A DNA stretch of 64,000 nucleotides. It comes from Euglena gracilis. Its lineage: Eukaryota. Below are positions 63,466 through 64,000 of the stretch, in pieces. The notes under the pieces are model-generated. The model did no database searches and had not been told where the DNA came from. It saw only the letters and a program-made list of their open reading frames with translations. Location of the stretch: the NCBI GenBank assembly GCA_039621445.1, contig CP154954.1:43689847-43753846 (forward strand). Reading direction: 5' to 3'. The position numbers and the translations under genes were made by a program. How positions within the stretch are numbered: position 1 is the first letter of the stretch; every line of letters begins with the position of its first letter.

Positions 63466-64000
63466 TAGTATTTTGTGGTCACATCACTCGGTATGAACAA
63501 AGATCATTGAGATTCAAGTCGTAGGTGAAGCGGTTTTCCACTTCATTTTATTCTTTTTGCAACATAAAACTATTTCTTCCACCACAACATTTGGTGATAA
63601 GAACTCTGCCAAGGTCATGTTTGCAGAGGACTTCTCATGGACTCGATGAACTCAGCGGATGTATCGTACTGAAGGCTGAGATACGTGCATGAGCTGTGGT
63701 GGACGATTTTCGCCTTCGGTCCACCACTGTTTCCTCATTCCTGCATTTAGATAACAACAATACGATTGTAGTTCTGTTCATAGTACATGCTACCGGTAAA
63801 CAGTTATGTAGCTCGCGAGTGACATTAAGTATAATGGACAGCTTAATTCTGTAAAGCGTAAATTGTACCTGTGTTTCTGCTAGTTCTGACTGTGCTGTGG
63901 TTTATGTAATATCACAACTATCTGCATCGCTGAAGCGGTATTCCGCTCCATTGTGCATGTGACTTTATTTTTGTTCTTATACTTGCGTGTTTGGTGTTTG

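Larger units (their letters stand above)
59831..64000. mobile_element. Second, internally deleted copy of the ParB-like element (runs off window)
   Basis: Starts CTTAGGCGGCGTAAACTGCCCA. It is colinear with 20963-23500 (3' exons at ~61230-61985), then jumps to sequence matching ~29010 onward. Palindromes at 59882, 60171, 60299, 60617, 61603, 62051, 62548, 63527 and 63933. Confidence 0.88.

Noticed and set aside
1-64000. tRNA, rRNA or SL RNA genes
   Set aside because: None recognisable by eye.

Overview
Repeat-rich eukaryotic DNA, most likely from a euglenid (Euglena-like). Short GC3-rich exons are separated mostly by non-GT-AG introns whose ends base-pair, with CAG at +4..+6 and CTG at -8..-6. 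There are two host genes on the + strand. The first is a very large multi-exon gene (<25..40322) with ankyrin-like, RING-like and ZZ-like pieces and a C-terminal R-S-E ADP-ribosyltransferase domain. The second is a soluble family I pyrophosphatase gene (45813..58617) with three tandem PPase domains and a coiled-coil tail. An 11-kb intron inside the ART domain holds a ~9.9-kb TIR-bounded element (20962..30906). This element encodes a spliced ParB/Srx-like (SGQHR) protein and an unassigned ORF, and carries ~22 copies of an 18-bp palindrome, GAAGCGG-N4-CCGCTTC. A deleted second copy starts at 59831. Many small CAG...CTG elements with 8-bp TSDs occur, and several sit in coding sequence and act as the non-conventional introns (3+5 nt of flank removed = one 8-bp TSD). 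Homopolymer indels suggest assembly errors. All calls are by eye; no searches were run.
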